A stretch of 64,000 nt of DNA from assembly GCA_030248215.1 (NCBI GenBank), contig JASANG010004128.1, positions 372,001-436,000 on the forward strand, read 5' to 3'. Under the pieces are notes generated by a model. The model was not told where the DNA came from and did not search any database. It saw only the letters and a program-made list of their open reading frames with translations. Origin of the DNA: Enoplolaimus lenunculus (lineage: Eukaryota). Below are positions 27,801 through 39,731 of this stretch, piece by piece (position 1 is the first letter of the stretch; each line of letters opens with the position of its first letter). The position numbers and the translations under genes are program-made.

Positions 27801-28223
27801 AAAGGCCTAACAAATGCAAGGATGACGGGTCGTCCGCGGGGCTGCCGTGGTGGGCCATATCGGTCTACTAGGCAGAACTCGTTGATCGAGTCGGTGTCTG
27901 CTGAAACACAACCGGCAGAGATTGCAGCAGCGGCGGCTGCCGCAGCAGCAGCTGCAGCTGCAAATTCGTGGTTTGCGCATAGCTCAACCATTGATAATCC
28001 TGATCGCGTCGAACACAATTCTTCACTCGTTGAGCAGAATGTCATAACTGATTTGATAGGTCCAGAATCGCTTATCAATGCTCAGTTGGGAAGTCCAACG
28101 ACGTCGTCAGGTCTTATCAGTACAGCACTGACTGCGGTGACACAAGGTGGTGAGCCACTTGGTGGACATGCGACATCGGTGTTGGTGGAAAGTGCTGTTA
28201 ACAGTGTTTTGGGGTATAATTGA
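21820..28223 (+). CDS. C2H2 zinc-finger protein (7 exons, 466 aa predicted; 3 fingers, GRP AT-hook-like motifs, poly-Ala)
   Basis: Exons 21820-21921, 22926-23084, 23463-23560, 24984-25030, 26051-26124, 26719-26840 (HKCHRCDF...HMKSAH), 27425-28223 (FKCEICG...HLRYAH; LKCELCS...HRKSVH). All phases are compatible. AATAAA near 28453. Confidence 0.85.
23708..24092. mobile_element. hAT-like MITE with TTCCGG subterminal repeats
   Basis: TIR CAGGGTGCAACCGGAATT, perfect 8-bp TSD ATGAAAAG; a related end at ~15780-15843. Confidence 0.9.
24436..24748. mobile_element. PIF/Harbinger-like MITE rich in ACTTAAGT palindromes
   Basis: Imperfect TIR ggtttggtttctgaaaccctacttaagta vs ggctggatttccgaaatcttacttaagta; 3-bp TSD AAT. 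Confidence 0.65.
25090..25640. repeat. Old imperfect palindromic (foldback MITE-like) repeat
   Basis: catttcacacccaaattttaaaattttg at ~25204 mirrored by caaaatttaaatttgggtgtgaaatg at ~25512; tttgagcttc/gaagctcaaa. Confidence 0.55.
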
Positions 28224-29036
28224 AAAAAATTAGGACATGAAGAACTGAACATGTGAAATTGTAGTATAAGGTTCGTGATTCACTAAATGTTTTGTTGGAA
28301 AATATTACGGTTGCATCCTTATGTTAGCAGCCATTTCCAGTTCTATATCCATGTCTCGCTCTCAACCATTGAAAGAAATTTTAGAAAAAGTAAAAGCGTT
28401 GAAGCTTATGTGTATCAAATGTTAGCGTAGCGGCATATTTTAATATCTTGAAAATAAACCATGAAATTCAATGCATTGCTTGGTTATTATTCAGTACAGC
28501 TGTACAGATTTCAAAATGTGTTGCATACCTGACGTAGATATTCGAGACTTTAATCTATGTGTGGCTTCCGTCTACTGAAAGAAATTTCAGATCTTCAGAA
28601 AGTTTAACACTGTTCGAAGTCAGTGCCTCAAACTGCGTCGAATGATATATAAATTGCTTAAGTTTTGGCAAACATTTTTGCTTTCCTAAAGAAGGGACTT
28701 CACCTAGAAAATTGAAACTTCCATAAATAATAATTTCGATGTGAAATGGTAAGCAAAAGGTGATGGGAAACGAGGCTGTTTTGGACAAGCTTAACGTGTT
28801 TGGCAGCCGTACACAGGCTGAATTTGCCGAAATTGTGTTTTCGCGTATTAAATTTGATTTCATTTAAAATAACAAATTAGCTTTTTGGATGTTAAAAAAG
28901 TGTTGAAATTGTTGCATTGTGGTCGTTCTAAATACCTCACTTTGATAAAACATAAAAATGTGCTATTAACATTGATCAAATATTTGGAAATTTTAATTTG
29001 TTTAATGGTGATGAAAAGTGGCTAAAAACTGTAGCG

Positions 29037-29254
29037 TACTGTAGTGACCCGAATAAGAGGGAGCGCTAATATAAGGGCGTCCCCATTTGGAGTCCCAATC
29101 AATAAGGGAGTAGTCTATAAACATTATTAAAGCCAGAAAAAAGATTAACAGGCATGGCGATCAACAAATAGGCTGACTTATAAATGAATAACGGTCAGGC
29201 AATTTCTGGAGAGGCAAAATAAATATCAACCGCTCTCTTGAGATCACTACAGTA
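29037..29254. mobile_element. TA-flanked CTGTAGTGACCCGAATAAGAGGG MITE (shorter copy)
   Basis: Same TIR family as 14407-14856. Confidence 0.75.
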
Positions 29255-29495
29255 GCAATTATTAAACAAACCACACGAACAACTAGTGCACAGAATTTTC
29301 TAGACTACATTTTTTTGTTTAGGCTTAGGAATACGCTTAATCAGTCTAGGTCTAAGCTTAAGCCGAGACAAAGATATTGTACGCGTGTGAGACTTGCTTG
29401 TCCTGGTGCGTATGCAATACATATGCAGTGTACAATGAGTCGAATGCTAGCGGCAGCATACTTTCTACATAATAATCGACGATAAAAGGAGTTGG

Positions 29496-29582
29496 AGAAG
29501 CGGGCTGTATGGCATAGTGGTGGAGCGTTTACTTAAGAATTGGAAGGTTGCTAGTTCGAAAACACCCATAATCCGCTTTTCT
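29496..29582 (+). pseudogene. tRNA-like / tRNA-derived SINE-head sequence
   Basis: A-box TGGCATAGTGG and B-box-like GTTCGAAAAC at tRNA spacing; cloverleaf stems imperfect; bracketed by short inverted repeat AGAAGCGG / CCGCTTTTCT. Confidence 0.45.
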
Positions 29583-29626
29583 AGCTGCTTAGCTAAAAGG
29601 TCTTAAATTAGAATTAGACTTAGGGA

Positions 29627-29791
29627 CAGGCCCGTAGCCAGCTCACTATGCTGGGGAGGGGCTAAAAATTTTTTAGGAGGGGTATTGAAGGGTTTTAGTG
29701 ACTTGCAGGCAAGGTTGAAAATTTTCTAGGGGGGGCCAAAATTTTTCCAGGGGTGGTTGAGCCCCCCCGGCCCCTGTTGGCTACGGGCCCG
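29627..29791. mobile_element. hAT-like MITE CAGGCCCGTAGCCA; relatives at ~37162-37318, ~40450-40585, ~46099-46245
   Basis: TIR caggcccgtagcca / tggctacgggcccg; shared core aaggttgaaaattttctagggggggccaaaattttt. Confidence 0.8.
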
Positions 29792-30234
29792 CTTAGACAT
29801 AGGCGTAGACTGTGACTCGATGAGTCCATGCCACTGGGTTTCTTAGTCTTAGGTTCACGGGTCGGCGTGGGATAAGACAATATTATAAAACGCCCACCTG
29901 CTATAATATCTCAAGGCGTCAAAATATCAAGAGCGGCGATATCCTGAAATTTCAAAATCCCCATGTGACCATAGCCGGAACGTTCAAAATTATAAAATTC
30001 ACCTTCGACGACATTCAAAAATTTCATCTTGCGACAGGATTAAAAAGAATCACCTATCCCTAAGTACCTTCGTCTATATCTTAAAATTACGAAATCCCAA
30101 CATATCACCTCTGACGGCCAATGTATGGCACAGGGGCTTCCAGTTTTCCACGGTGGAAAACTTATAACCAGGAGTGCAGCGCAGCCACTCCTGTATGACG
30201 GCTAAATTTTCCGCTGATTTGGTAGGAAAATTAA

Positions 30235-32292
30235 AAAATTTAAAGCCTAGATTTCACCCTGGGTTGGTAGGGAAATCTGAATCATAGGTTTTTGTTGGAA
30301 AACGGGAAAGGTGAAAAATTCGAATGCCTAGATTTTCCCCTGGGTTGGTAGGGAAAATCTGAAGCATAGGTTTTGGTTGGAAAACGGGAAAAGTGGAAAA
30401 TTCTAATGCCTAGATTTTCCCCTGGGTTGGTAAGGAAAATCTCAAGCATAGGTTTTTGTTGGAAAACGGGAAAAGTGGAAAATTCTAATGCCTAGATTTT
30501 CCCCTGGGTTGGTAGGGAAAATCTGAAGCATAGGTTTTGGTTGGAAAACGGGAAAAGTGTAAAATTCTAATGCCTAGATTTTTCACCTGGGTTGGTAGGG
30601 AAAATCAGAAGCGTAGGTTTTGGTTGGAAAACGGGAAAAGTGGAAAATTGAAATGCCTAAATATTTTCTTGGTTAGTAAGAAATATCTGAAGCAAAGGTT
30701 TTGGTTGAAAAGCGGGAAAAGTGGAAAATTCAAGCGTAGGGCATAGGTTTTGGTTGGAAAACGGGAAAAGTGGAAAATTTTAATGCCTAGATTTTTACGC
30801 TGGGTTGGTAGGAAAATCTGAAGCATAGGCTTTGGTTGGAAAACGGGAAAAGTGGAAAATTCTAATGCCTAGTATTTTATTCTGGGTTGGTAGGGAAAAT
30901 CTGAAGTACAGGTTTTGGTTGGAAAACGGGAAAAGTGGAAAATTTTAATGCCTAGATTTTTACCCTGGGTTGGTAGGGAAAATTTGAAGCATAGGATTTG
31001 GTTGGAAAACGGGAAAAGTGGAAAATTCTAATGCCTAGATTTTCCCCTGGGTTGGTAAGGAAAATCTGAAGCATAGGTTTTGTTGGAAAACGGGAAAAGT
31101 GGAAAATTCTAATGCCTGGATTTTTTCGCTGGGTTGGTAGGGAAAATCTGAAGCATACGTTTTGATTGGAAAACGGGAAAAGTGGAAAATTCCAATGCCT
31201 AGATTTTTATCCTGGGTTGGTAGGGAAAACCTGAAGCAAAGGTTTCGGTTGGAAAACGGGAAAAGTGGAAAATTCAAGAGTAAGGCATAGGTTTTGGTTG
31301 GAAAACGGGAAAAGTGGAAAATTTTAATGCTTAGATTTACCCTGGCTTGGTAGGGAAAATCTGAAGTATAGGTTTTGGTTGGAAAACGGGAAAAGTGGAA
31401 AATTTAAAGACCTAGATTTACCTTAGGTTGGTAGGGAAAATCTGAAGCATAGGTTTGGTTGGAAAACGGGAAAAGTGGAAAATTTTAATGCCTAGATTTT
31501 TACCCTGGGTTGGTAGGGAAAATTTGAAGCATAGGATTTGGTTGGAAAACGGGAAAAGTGGAAAATTCTAATGCCTAGATTTTCCCCTGGGTTGGTAAGG
31601 AAAATCTGAAGCATAGGTTTTGTTGGAAAACGGGAAAAGTGGAAAATTCTAATGCCTGGATTTTTTCGCTGGGTTGGTAGGGAAAATCTGAAGCATACGT
31701 TTTGATTGGAAAACGGGAAAAGTGGAAAATTCCAATGCCTAGATTTTTATCCTGGGTTGGTAGGGAAAACCTGAAGCAAAGGTTTCGGTTGGAAAACGGG
31801 AAAAGTGGAAAATTCAAGAGTAAGGCATAGGTTTTGGTTGGAAAACGGGAAAAGTGGAAAATTTTAATGCTTAGATTTACCCTGGCTTGGTAGGGAAAAT
31901 CTGAAGTATAGGTTTTGGTTGGAAAACGGGAAAAGTGGAAAATTTAAAGACCTAGATTTACCTTAGGTTGGTAGGGAAAATCTGAAGCATAGGTTTGGTT
32001 GGAAAACGGGAAAAGTGGAAAATTTTAATGCCTAGATTTACCCTGGGTTGGTGGGGAATATCTGAAGCATAGGTTTTGGTTGGAAAACGGGAAAAGTTGA
32101 AAATTTTAATGCCTAGAGTTACCCTGGCTTGGTAAAGAAAATCTGAAGCATAGGTTTTGGTTGAAAACGGGAAGAGTGGAAAATTTAAAGGCCTAGATTC
32201 ACCTTAGGTTGGTAGGGAAAACATGAAGCATAGGTTTTTGTTGAAAAATGGGAAAAGTGGAAAATTTAAACGTCTAGATTTAACCTGGGTTG
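30235..32292 (+). repeat. 82-bp tandem satellite, left arm (~25 units)
   Basis: Unit GAAGCATAGGTTTTGGTTGGAAAACGGGAAAAGTGGAAAATTCTAATGCCTAGATTTTCCCCTGGGTTGGTAGGGAAAATCT; includes 48-bp deleted units. Confidence 0.95.
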
Positions 32293-32814
32293 GAAGTCAG
32301 CGACGACCAAATTTGATATATTTATGTTTCCTCGGCTCTCCGGCCATAGCCAACAACGTCTTTAAAACAAATTAAAACTTTTTTGCAACCTTAAGGCGTC
32401 ACTCAAAGCGTCGACTTTGTTAACAGACTTATGTTCTGATAATACTGGGCCACTCGGTGGTATCTTGTTTTGACCAATATTGTGCTGGGACTATCATAAT
32501 CTGATATATTTAATAGTCATGTATTATTTCGGGTTAATGCTCTGCTCATTTAGGTTTAACTGTGTAAAGTAGATTTTGTTCATTGCACTGTTCCGCTCCG
32601 CGGTTTCTTGTTTTGACCAGTGTCGAAGTATATTGCCTGTTAGTTTGTAGGATGCAACCGGAGGTGAAAAATGTCCGATTCGGAGCCGGAAGTGAACAAA
32701 AGTAGCCGGAACCGGAGATGATGCCGCAGGTGAGGTGAAATCAGGTCGTTGAAATGATATTTAACTTGTTAATTTTAGCAAATATCTGCTATGTGTTGTT
32801 AAATCGTTCCATTG

Positions 32815-33600
32815 GAATTTTCTACTTTTCCCGTTTTGCAAACAATACCTATGCTTTAGATTTTCCCTTCCAACCAAGGGGAAATCTAGACGTAGAAATT
32901 TTCCACTTTTCCCGTTTTATAAACAAAAAAACTGCTTCAGAATTTTCATACCAACCCAGGGTAAATTTAGGCGTTTAAATTTTCCAATTTTCCCGTTTTC
33001 CAACCAAAACCTATGCTGCAGATTTTCCCTACCAACCAAGGGAAAATCTAGGCGTTTAAATTTTCCACTTTTCCCGTTTTCCAACCAAAACCTATGCTTC
33101 AGATTTTCCCTACCAACCCAGGAATAATGTAAGCTTTTAAAATTTCCACTTTTCCCGTTTTCCAAACAAACTTTTACACTACAGATTTTCCCTACCAACC
33201 AAGGGAAAATCAAGGCGTTCAAATTTTCCACTTTTCCCGTTTTCCAACCAAAACCTATGCTTCAAATTTTCCCTACCAACCCAGGAATAATGTAAGCTTT
33301 TAAAATTTTCACTTTTCCCGTTTTCCAAACAAACTTTTACACTACAGATTTTCCCTACCAACCAAGGGAAAATCAAAGCGTTTAAATTTTCCACTTTTCC
33401 CGTTTTCCAACCAAAACCTATGCTTCAAATTTTCCCTACCAACCCAGGAATAATGTAAGCTTTTAACTTTTCCACTTTTCCCGTTTTCCAAACAAACTTT
33501 ACACTACAGATTTTCCCTACAGAACCAGGGAATATGCAGGCTTATGAATTTTCCACTTTTCCACAGTAAAACCTATGCCCGCGATTTTTCCTACCAACCA
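32815..33600 (-). repeat. 82-bp tandem satellite, right arm in inverted orientation (~10 units)
   Basis: Reverse complement of the left-arm unit (TTTTCCACTTTTCCCGTTTTCCAACCAAAACCTATGCTTC); 163-bp dimer period at 33121/33284/33447. Confidence 0.95.
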
Positions 33601-34389
33601 GTGAAAAATTAGGTCGTCATACAGGAGTGGCTGCGATGCACTCCTGGTCGTAAGTTTTCCACCCTGGAAAAGTGGAAGCCCCTGATCTATACATGGGCCC
33701 CTCTGACCATATGCCGAGATCGGTGAATCCCATAATCACACCTTCGATGATATCCCAAAATCCCATGTTCAACTATAAACGGAAATCCTGAAATCACAAA
33801 TTGCTAACCTGCAACAGTATCCTGAAATTTAAAAATTTCCAAATCCCACCTTTGGCTATATCTCGAAATCGCAAGATCCAACTGCGACAATACCCTGAAA
33901 TCAAAATCTCGCACCTGCTGTATGAATTTGGAACGGCAGCGAAGGTAGTATGGGCAGTATTTATGATAACTGACTACGATTGTTGAAAATTCAACAAACC
34001 GTATACCCACGACATTACGGACTACGCATTAGGCAAAATGTAGTTTGAAAACGACCGATTTATATTCTAAAATTAGAAATTAGTACAGACATGAACAAAA
34101 TATAATTGTTTGCAGCATTTTGACTTTTGAGTTATAAATTGTTATCGTAATTAAATTAGATCGAGTGAAGCGCCAGTGCAATCCCAGATATTTTAGCTTT
34201 GCGGCATGTTCGATGTTGGTCGCTTTTTGATTTTCATTCACGATTTGGAAAACAATACTCTTTCCCGGATTGACTTGATACACGCAGTGTTGCACGAATA
34301 TTAGTTAGATGCTGTTGGTGGCTGCATGTTATGGAACGGATCGTTGACATTTGGAATTAAAAATTCAATATTATAACTGCGTGTGCAAC

Positions 34390-34730
34390 CAGAGATGAAA
34401 AATACCGCAGCCGGAGACCAAAATATCTTGCCGGAGCCGGAGGTGAAGCCGAAGGCGAGGTTAAATTAGGTAGTAAAAATGGTGTTGTTGTATTTGCTAT
34501 TTTTAGCAAATATCTGTCGGATGTTAAATTTTATGGTTCTAGGTTTATGTTATACAAAATCCCTGCAATTTGTTCCTCAAAATTTGGCAAACGTTTAAAC
34601 GAAACGCACCAAATAAATTTTGCAATAAAATGCAAAATTCACTACCAAAATTGGCTGAACCGCTTCAGAAATTCTACCGGAGCCGGAGGCCGATTTTCTA
34701 CCGGAGCCGAAGGCAGACCTCCGGTTATAC
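34390..34730. repeat. CCGGAGCCGG-rich dispersed repeat; relatives at ~32650-32800 and ~57770-57900
   Basis: Shared ccggagccggaggtgaagccgaaggcgagg and ttttagcaaatatctg motifs. Confidence 0.55.
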
Positions 34731-37700
34731 ATTGTTACGGAATCAATAAGTGTTTTCATTATGTCCGCTAGCAGGTTTGTTCAATCGAGTGTACTGCTGG
34801 CGCTAAGATAGTTGGGGCTCCCACAGGTTCAATGGGCCCCCACTAAAATGTTTCGCAACTCTGTAACTTCGTGGTCGGCGAAACAAATTTACTTTGTCAA
34901 GATGGGACCACCAAGCTTCGGGCCTTCCAATTGGGGTATTTTTATGAGGCGCTTCCGCCGGCACTGCTTATTTGTGCTACAGTGTCAACTTAACTATGTC
35001 GTGCTCAAAAGCACCACTCGCACTCCTCAACCCAATATTCTGACTGCGTACATGGTCCTAGATTTTAATATTTACACATCGGATGTGGTCTTCGAAATGA
35101 CAATTTTAAAAGCTAAATTAATGCATGAAAATCACGTGATTATCCCAGACATGCATGTGCTGTTTATTAACTGGGCGGTATTTGGAACGTTAGTCAAAAT
35201 GGTTTTAAGCAGGCTTTAAACATGACTGGATTCAGATACAGCCGCAGCATCTTTGGCGAGGGATGTGAGACACCACGAGTGCTGCCAGGAGATCTATGTG
35301 GTTTAAAAGCTGTAAACTATCAATCAAAAACGTTTTGCGTTTGTGGCATAATATTTTAAATTTAAATTACGTCGTAGTTTAACACATTTGGCAAGGGCCG
35401 ATCTAAAGGATCGAGCAACTGAATCTTCCTTTCGAAGTTTCGAACCCGCATAAAACTTCAATTTATATTGGGTCATATCAGCTTATTATTAAAGTTGTCA
35501 AGCTTTCCGCTCGCCTGGCTTGGGAATTTTTGAAAAATCAACTTTATTAAAAACTGCGTCAAAATCGGCTAAAACGTGTAACTATAGCTTAAAATTCGTT
35601 AAATGGCGCTTCAATCAACGATATGTTTTTATCTTCGCCACATATTTCAAACCCAGCTAAAATTGTACTACACTACCTTTACATATTCTTGTGATCCACA
35701 ATAGCTCACAAGTTCCGTTTAAGAAAATGTTATACACATCCGCTTAAGGCAAATGTTATTTAAAACAGGAAGAGTGTGGTTAAAATCAAATAATTTTTTC
35801 GTCAGTGAAATGCCGTTAGACTAATTGAAACTATCTTACTAACAACATTTCAAGCTTAACCATGTGAAAAAGTTACAGTTTTGGTTAAAATGTCGCGAAA
35901 CTCTGCCAAACACTAAAATTACCAGAAACCGTTAATAACAGCGGTATACAGAATTGATCCACGTTATGGGGTGATCCAGATTATGCCCAATTACTATAGT
36001 ATTCGTTTTTTGACCCGGCTGTGGTTGCAATGTAATGAATTTTAGTAAATTATCTCAAAAGCTAAGGAATGTTTTGAAGTAACATTGTCAGAAGCCTTTC
36101 AAGCAAAACAATGGCTTATTTTGCTAATTAATTCTCAGAAAAATTTTAACCAGAAAAGTTTGGGGATTTGTTGGTTTTAGCTATTTTTTGTGGGCGCTGC
36201 CAAAACATTATCTCTGGATGTACACAAGTTCGTAGCTAGACCGAAACTCCAAGGTCAAGCTAATTATTAATGGCGGAATCAGGAATCTCCAAAGTGTATG
36301 GAAGCAGCGAATGTAGAAATTAAAAATTTTGCACGAAAGCTGCAAATACTGGGGTACTATTCTGCAAATGAAACCTCATGGTCTCGTCAAAAAGTTGTAA
36401 ATTTAGGTCGAACTCCAAAGCATTCAACAGGGTACTTTTGCAAATTAAATGGCACTTGTTATACGTTAACCGTTTCCAGCATAGGCAAAAACCACGCGGA
36501 CAAAGTCAGCGAAAGCCAAAACGTAATTTTTAAATTTTAAGAATATCGGCAGTAGTCTACCGAGATGCTGATACTAATGCATCGATAAAAGTACTTTTGA
36601 ATTCATTCAAGGGCCCACTCAGCTAAGGTGAAAAAAGCAAACTCAGTGTCAGGGGGACGCTTTTCCTGGCCCTTCCTGGCTATGCCTCAGGGTGTATAAT
36701 GAGGATTTGGAGCTAACTACAAAAAGGCTGCAGTGTGACACTGAGAACCGCTATTTTTAGCTGCCTATCAATATAAAAAAATTGCTTCTCCGCAAATATA
36801 TGTACCAGCTCAAGCTTATGGTTTTATTTCATGAAATCAAACTAGATTTTTTGATACTGAATACAGAATGAAATATACAAATTAATGCTATAATAGAGTG
36901 ATTGGTAGATTTTGAATTTAACTTCAGTTTAAAATCAAGCACTAATGCTTTATTGGGCATGAAACGTGAAAGATTAATAAAGGCTTTTACGAACTTTTGT
37001 ATGTATAATAATTTAAATTTCCGATTAAACATCGAATACATTTGTTTAGTACAAAATGTGCTAAGCTTCGTTAGCGCATAATTGTTTAACTTCACAAAAA
37101 GTTTTAGAAACAAATGTTCAAATATTTTGTCTAAATAACGAACGCTGGGTAGCATCGTAACCAGGCCCGCAGCCAGCTGGCCTTAGTTGGGGGTAAAATT
37201 TTTTCACAAAGGCATACAAGGGTTAGGATGACTTATTGAAAACTTCCTTGGGGTGTCGCCAAAATTCTTCCATGGGGAGGATCAGTTCCTCTCATGGCTA
37301 CACTCTGGCTACAGGCCCCATCCTAACGGTACACATAGCGTGTATTTAAAAGAGGTAACTTCTTCCAATATTGTAGGTATTTGTCGACTTTAAATTAAGT
37401 AAAGTTGCACTGTTGCAGTTAAATCACGTTGCTTTGAAGCTATTTTTAACCTGCTCAATCTTTCAGCTATTCATCCGTTATGCCAGTTATGCTTAGAAAA
37501 TTGACTTCTACAGATGAACCAATATTAATAACCAAACACGAAAAACAACGAAGTCAGGTTTGTCAGTCGACGCCGTGTCAAAGAAATATATGCCACTGTA
37601 AAATTCTAAAGCGGACTAGTAGAAATTCAGCATCTTGAAAACATAAATTTATTGCACACTCCTAAAAACATTCCTAAAGCTTGTTAACTGGGTTTAAAGT

Positions 37701-38288
37701 TAATAATCGTTAATACAAACTGTAAGGCTGCTTTAGTATCTCTTAAGTTGGCGTTATTGTTGACAGAATAGTATTGGCAACGCTCTTGTCCTGGACAACA
37801 AACGGCAACTGTTATTGTTTAACTCGATATTAACACTAGTCCATGTGGTGCAGATGTGAAACTGGCCGAGAAAATAGCGGCCGAGCCGGGCTGGCCGGCC
37901 GCTACCTGCCATCCATCTGGCGGGGCCTTCCGTCATTTACCAGTTACTGTTTTCCTCGCTGTTATTTCGATTCTAGGGTCCCGTTCCAACTCTGCAGTGG
38001 TGGAAGTAAAATAAGCGCCTAGAATTGAATCGTCATGAAAGTGCACTATTGTTTAAGTGTCGATCGCTAACTTTCAACGGGTTTCGCTTAAAATTTTTGG
38101 CGTTATCCTACTGCAACAAAACGATTTTACACTGACTGTGTCTATAGTGACAATTTAAATTTTAATTTTTTTTCATCGTTTTTGTAACTTGATTCAATTT
38201 GCATCGACAGCAGATGCGTTGTCATTAATCAAACGCGATGCTTTAGTTGAAGTTTTCAGCCAAGTTGGGTGCGTTTTTAGCAAATATA

Positions 38289-38488
38289 CACTGCAAAAAA
38301 TGGTGAGTCAAATTGACTCCCTCCGAAATGGGCGTTTTCCGACTAAACAAACCGAGTTAAAATTTGACTTCGCCAGAGTCCAGTTCGACTCAATTTGACT
38401 CTGGCGGAGTCGAATTTTGACTCAGTTTGTGTAGTCAGGAAAAGCCTATTTAGGAGAGAGTAAATTAGACTCACCATTTCTTGCAGTA
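38289..38488. mobile_element. Palindromic CACTG...CAGT MITE, copy 4
   Basis: cactgcaaaaaatggtgagtcaaattgactc...ctcaccatttcttgcagta; same family as 5196-5391. Confidence 0.85.
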
Positions 38489-38599
38489 TAAAACAAGGTG
38501 TAATCGTTGCAGAACGACTTGCTTAGTCAGTATTTACCGAGTGTTTATTTATTGTTAATTTTTACTGATTCATTCAACAGTTAATATTTAAGAATATTC

Positions 38600-38950
38600 A
38601 AAGAAGAAATAGCACGACTAATAATACGGCACTCACTTGAGAAGTACGACATATTGACGTTAACCATGATTCTTTTAAAATACCTAAATGTGCGTGTTTC
38701 AACCTCGTCACTAGTAAGAAATTCCAGATATTTATAACTCTAAAAGTAGAAAAGATATTTGGTAAGGAATCGATTTTTGAATGCCGCTTTAGTAAATTGA
38801 AAACAGTGCCTCGTAATTTTGTTTTCGATACAGTATCATACATATCACAAAATTAAATATGTACCATCTCATGTAGTATTTTAATAGAAAAAACCCGAAT
38901 TTTATTATAACTTCTCCTTCATTTAAAATAATTACTAAATTCCAGCTCAC
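38600..38950 (-). mobile_element. Decayed 3' fragment of a CR1/L2-type LINE ORF2
   Basis: Minus-strand peptide KLRGTVFNLLKRHSKIDSLPNIFSTFRVINIWNFL resembles the CR1-group C-terminal pattern tRGh..kL......f.FS.RVvn.WN.Lp; frame disrupted upstream. Confidence 0.5.
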
Positions 38951-39262
38951 ATGGAACTAATTACACTGTAAGATAATAATAAATGAAGCTGCTATGTTTG
39001 ACCACTCTTAAATCCACGTTTTGGCGGTAAACATCGGTGTCCGTTTTCCTTGTTTTTACTATCCGTTTACAGTCTGAAACCTGCACTCACGAAAACGGAA
39101 ACTTTTATAATTGCCAACCTAACACTGGATGCTATCAGACAAGTTCGCCTCTATCGAAACTCATACGTTGCAATTTATCAAAGATTGTGCAAAATTTCGC
39201 CTCATAAAGTTTTGTACAAGTCCGCATCAGTAAAAAAGATTTGGAATGAATATACTTCATGG

Positions 39263-39731
39263 GGCCCATGTATAGAACAAAGCCAAATCGTTTTCCGGCG
39301 GGTCTAAAACTTTAAAGTAACTCTTTTTCTTAGGCTTAGGCTTACGCTTAGGAACAGGCTCATCCTTACGCATACGCTTAGGCTTAGGCGGCCAATCTAA
39401 AGAACAGGGGCGAAGCACTATTGCAAGCATATTTATATTCCTAAGCATAAGCCTAAGCCTAAACCTAAGCGTAAAAATGAACAGATGCCTAAGCCTAAGT
39501 GTTAGCCAAGCAAAAAATTAAGCCTAAACCTAAGCGTAAAAATGAACATATACCTAAGCCTAAGCCTAAGCGTAAGCCTAAGCCAAGCAAAAAAATTAGT
39601 CTAAAGCTTAAGCTTACTCTATTCTAGTCACACAGATAAACTCCTGATCTTTATATGGGCCGGCTTAGGCTTAGGCTTAGGCATAGGAATATTCTTATAC
39701 TACTGCGCCGGCCCTGTTCTATACATGGGCC
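39263..39731 (-). mobile_element. GGCC-ended telomeric-repeat MITE hosting a nested second copy
   Basis: Outer TIRs ggcccatgtatagaac / gttctatacatgggcc; flanks TACTTCATGG / TACTTTATGG. Confidence 0.9.
39390..39661 (+). mobile_element. Nested GGCC-ended telomeric-repeat MITE, opposite orientation
   Basis: ggccaatctaaagaacagggg...ctgatctttatatgggcc inserted in the host TTAGGC tract; GGCTTAGGC on both sides. Confidence 0.85.

Larger units (their letters stand above)
30116..33699. mobile_element. 3.6-kb foldback element with GGCC termini, inverted 82-bp satellite arms and perfect 8-bp TSD
   Basis: ~100-bp outer TIR (ggccaatgtatggcacaggggcttccagttttcc...cactcctgtatgacg vs reverse complement of 33600-33699); TSD CCTCTGAC at 30108-30115 and 33700-33707. 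Confidence 0.92.

Noticed and set aside
27532..28078. Antisense ORFs over the zinc-finger last exon
   Set aside because: Shadow frames of a real coding exon.
30235..33600. Regular repeat array as a CRISPR locus, and the ORFs within it
   Set aside because: No unique spacers; contiguous 82-bp monomers in eukaryotic DNA. The ORFs are translations of the satellite.
34812..35219. 135-aa ORF as a gene
   Set aside because: TTG start, overlaps repeat-like sequence, no motif or exon chain.
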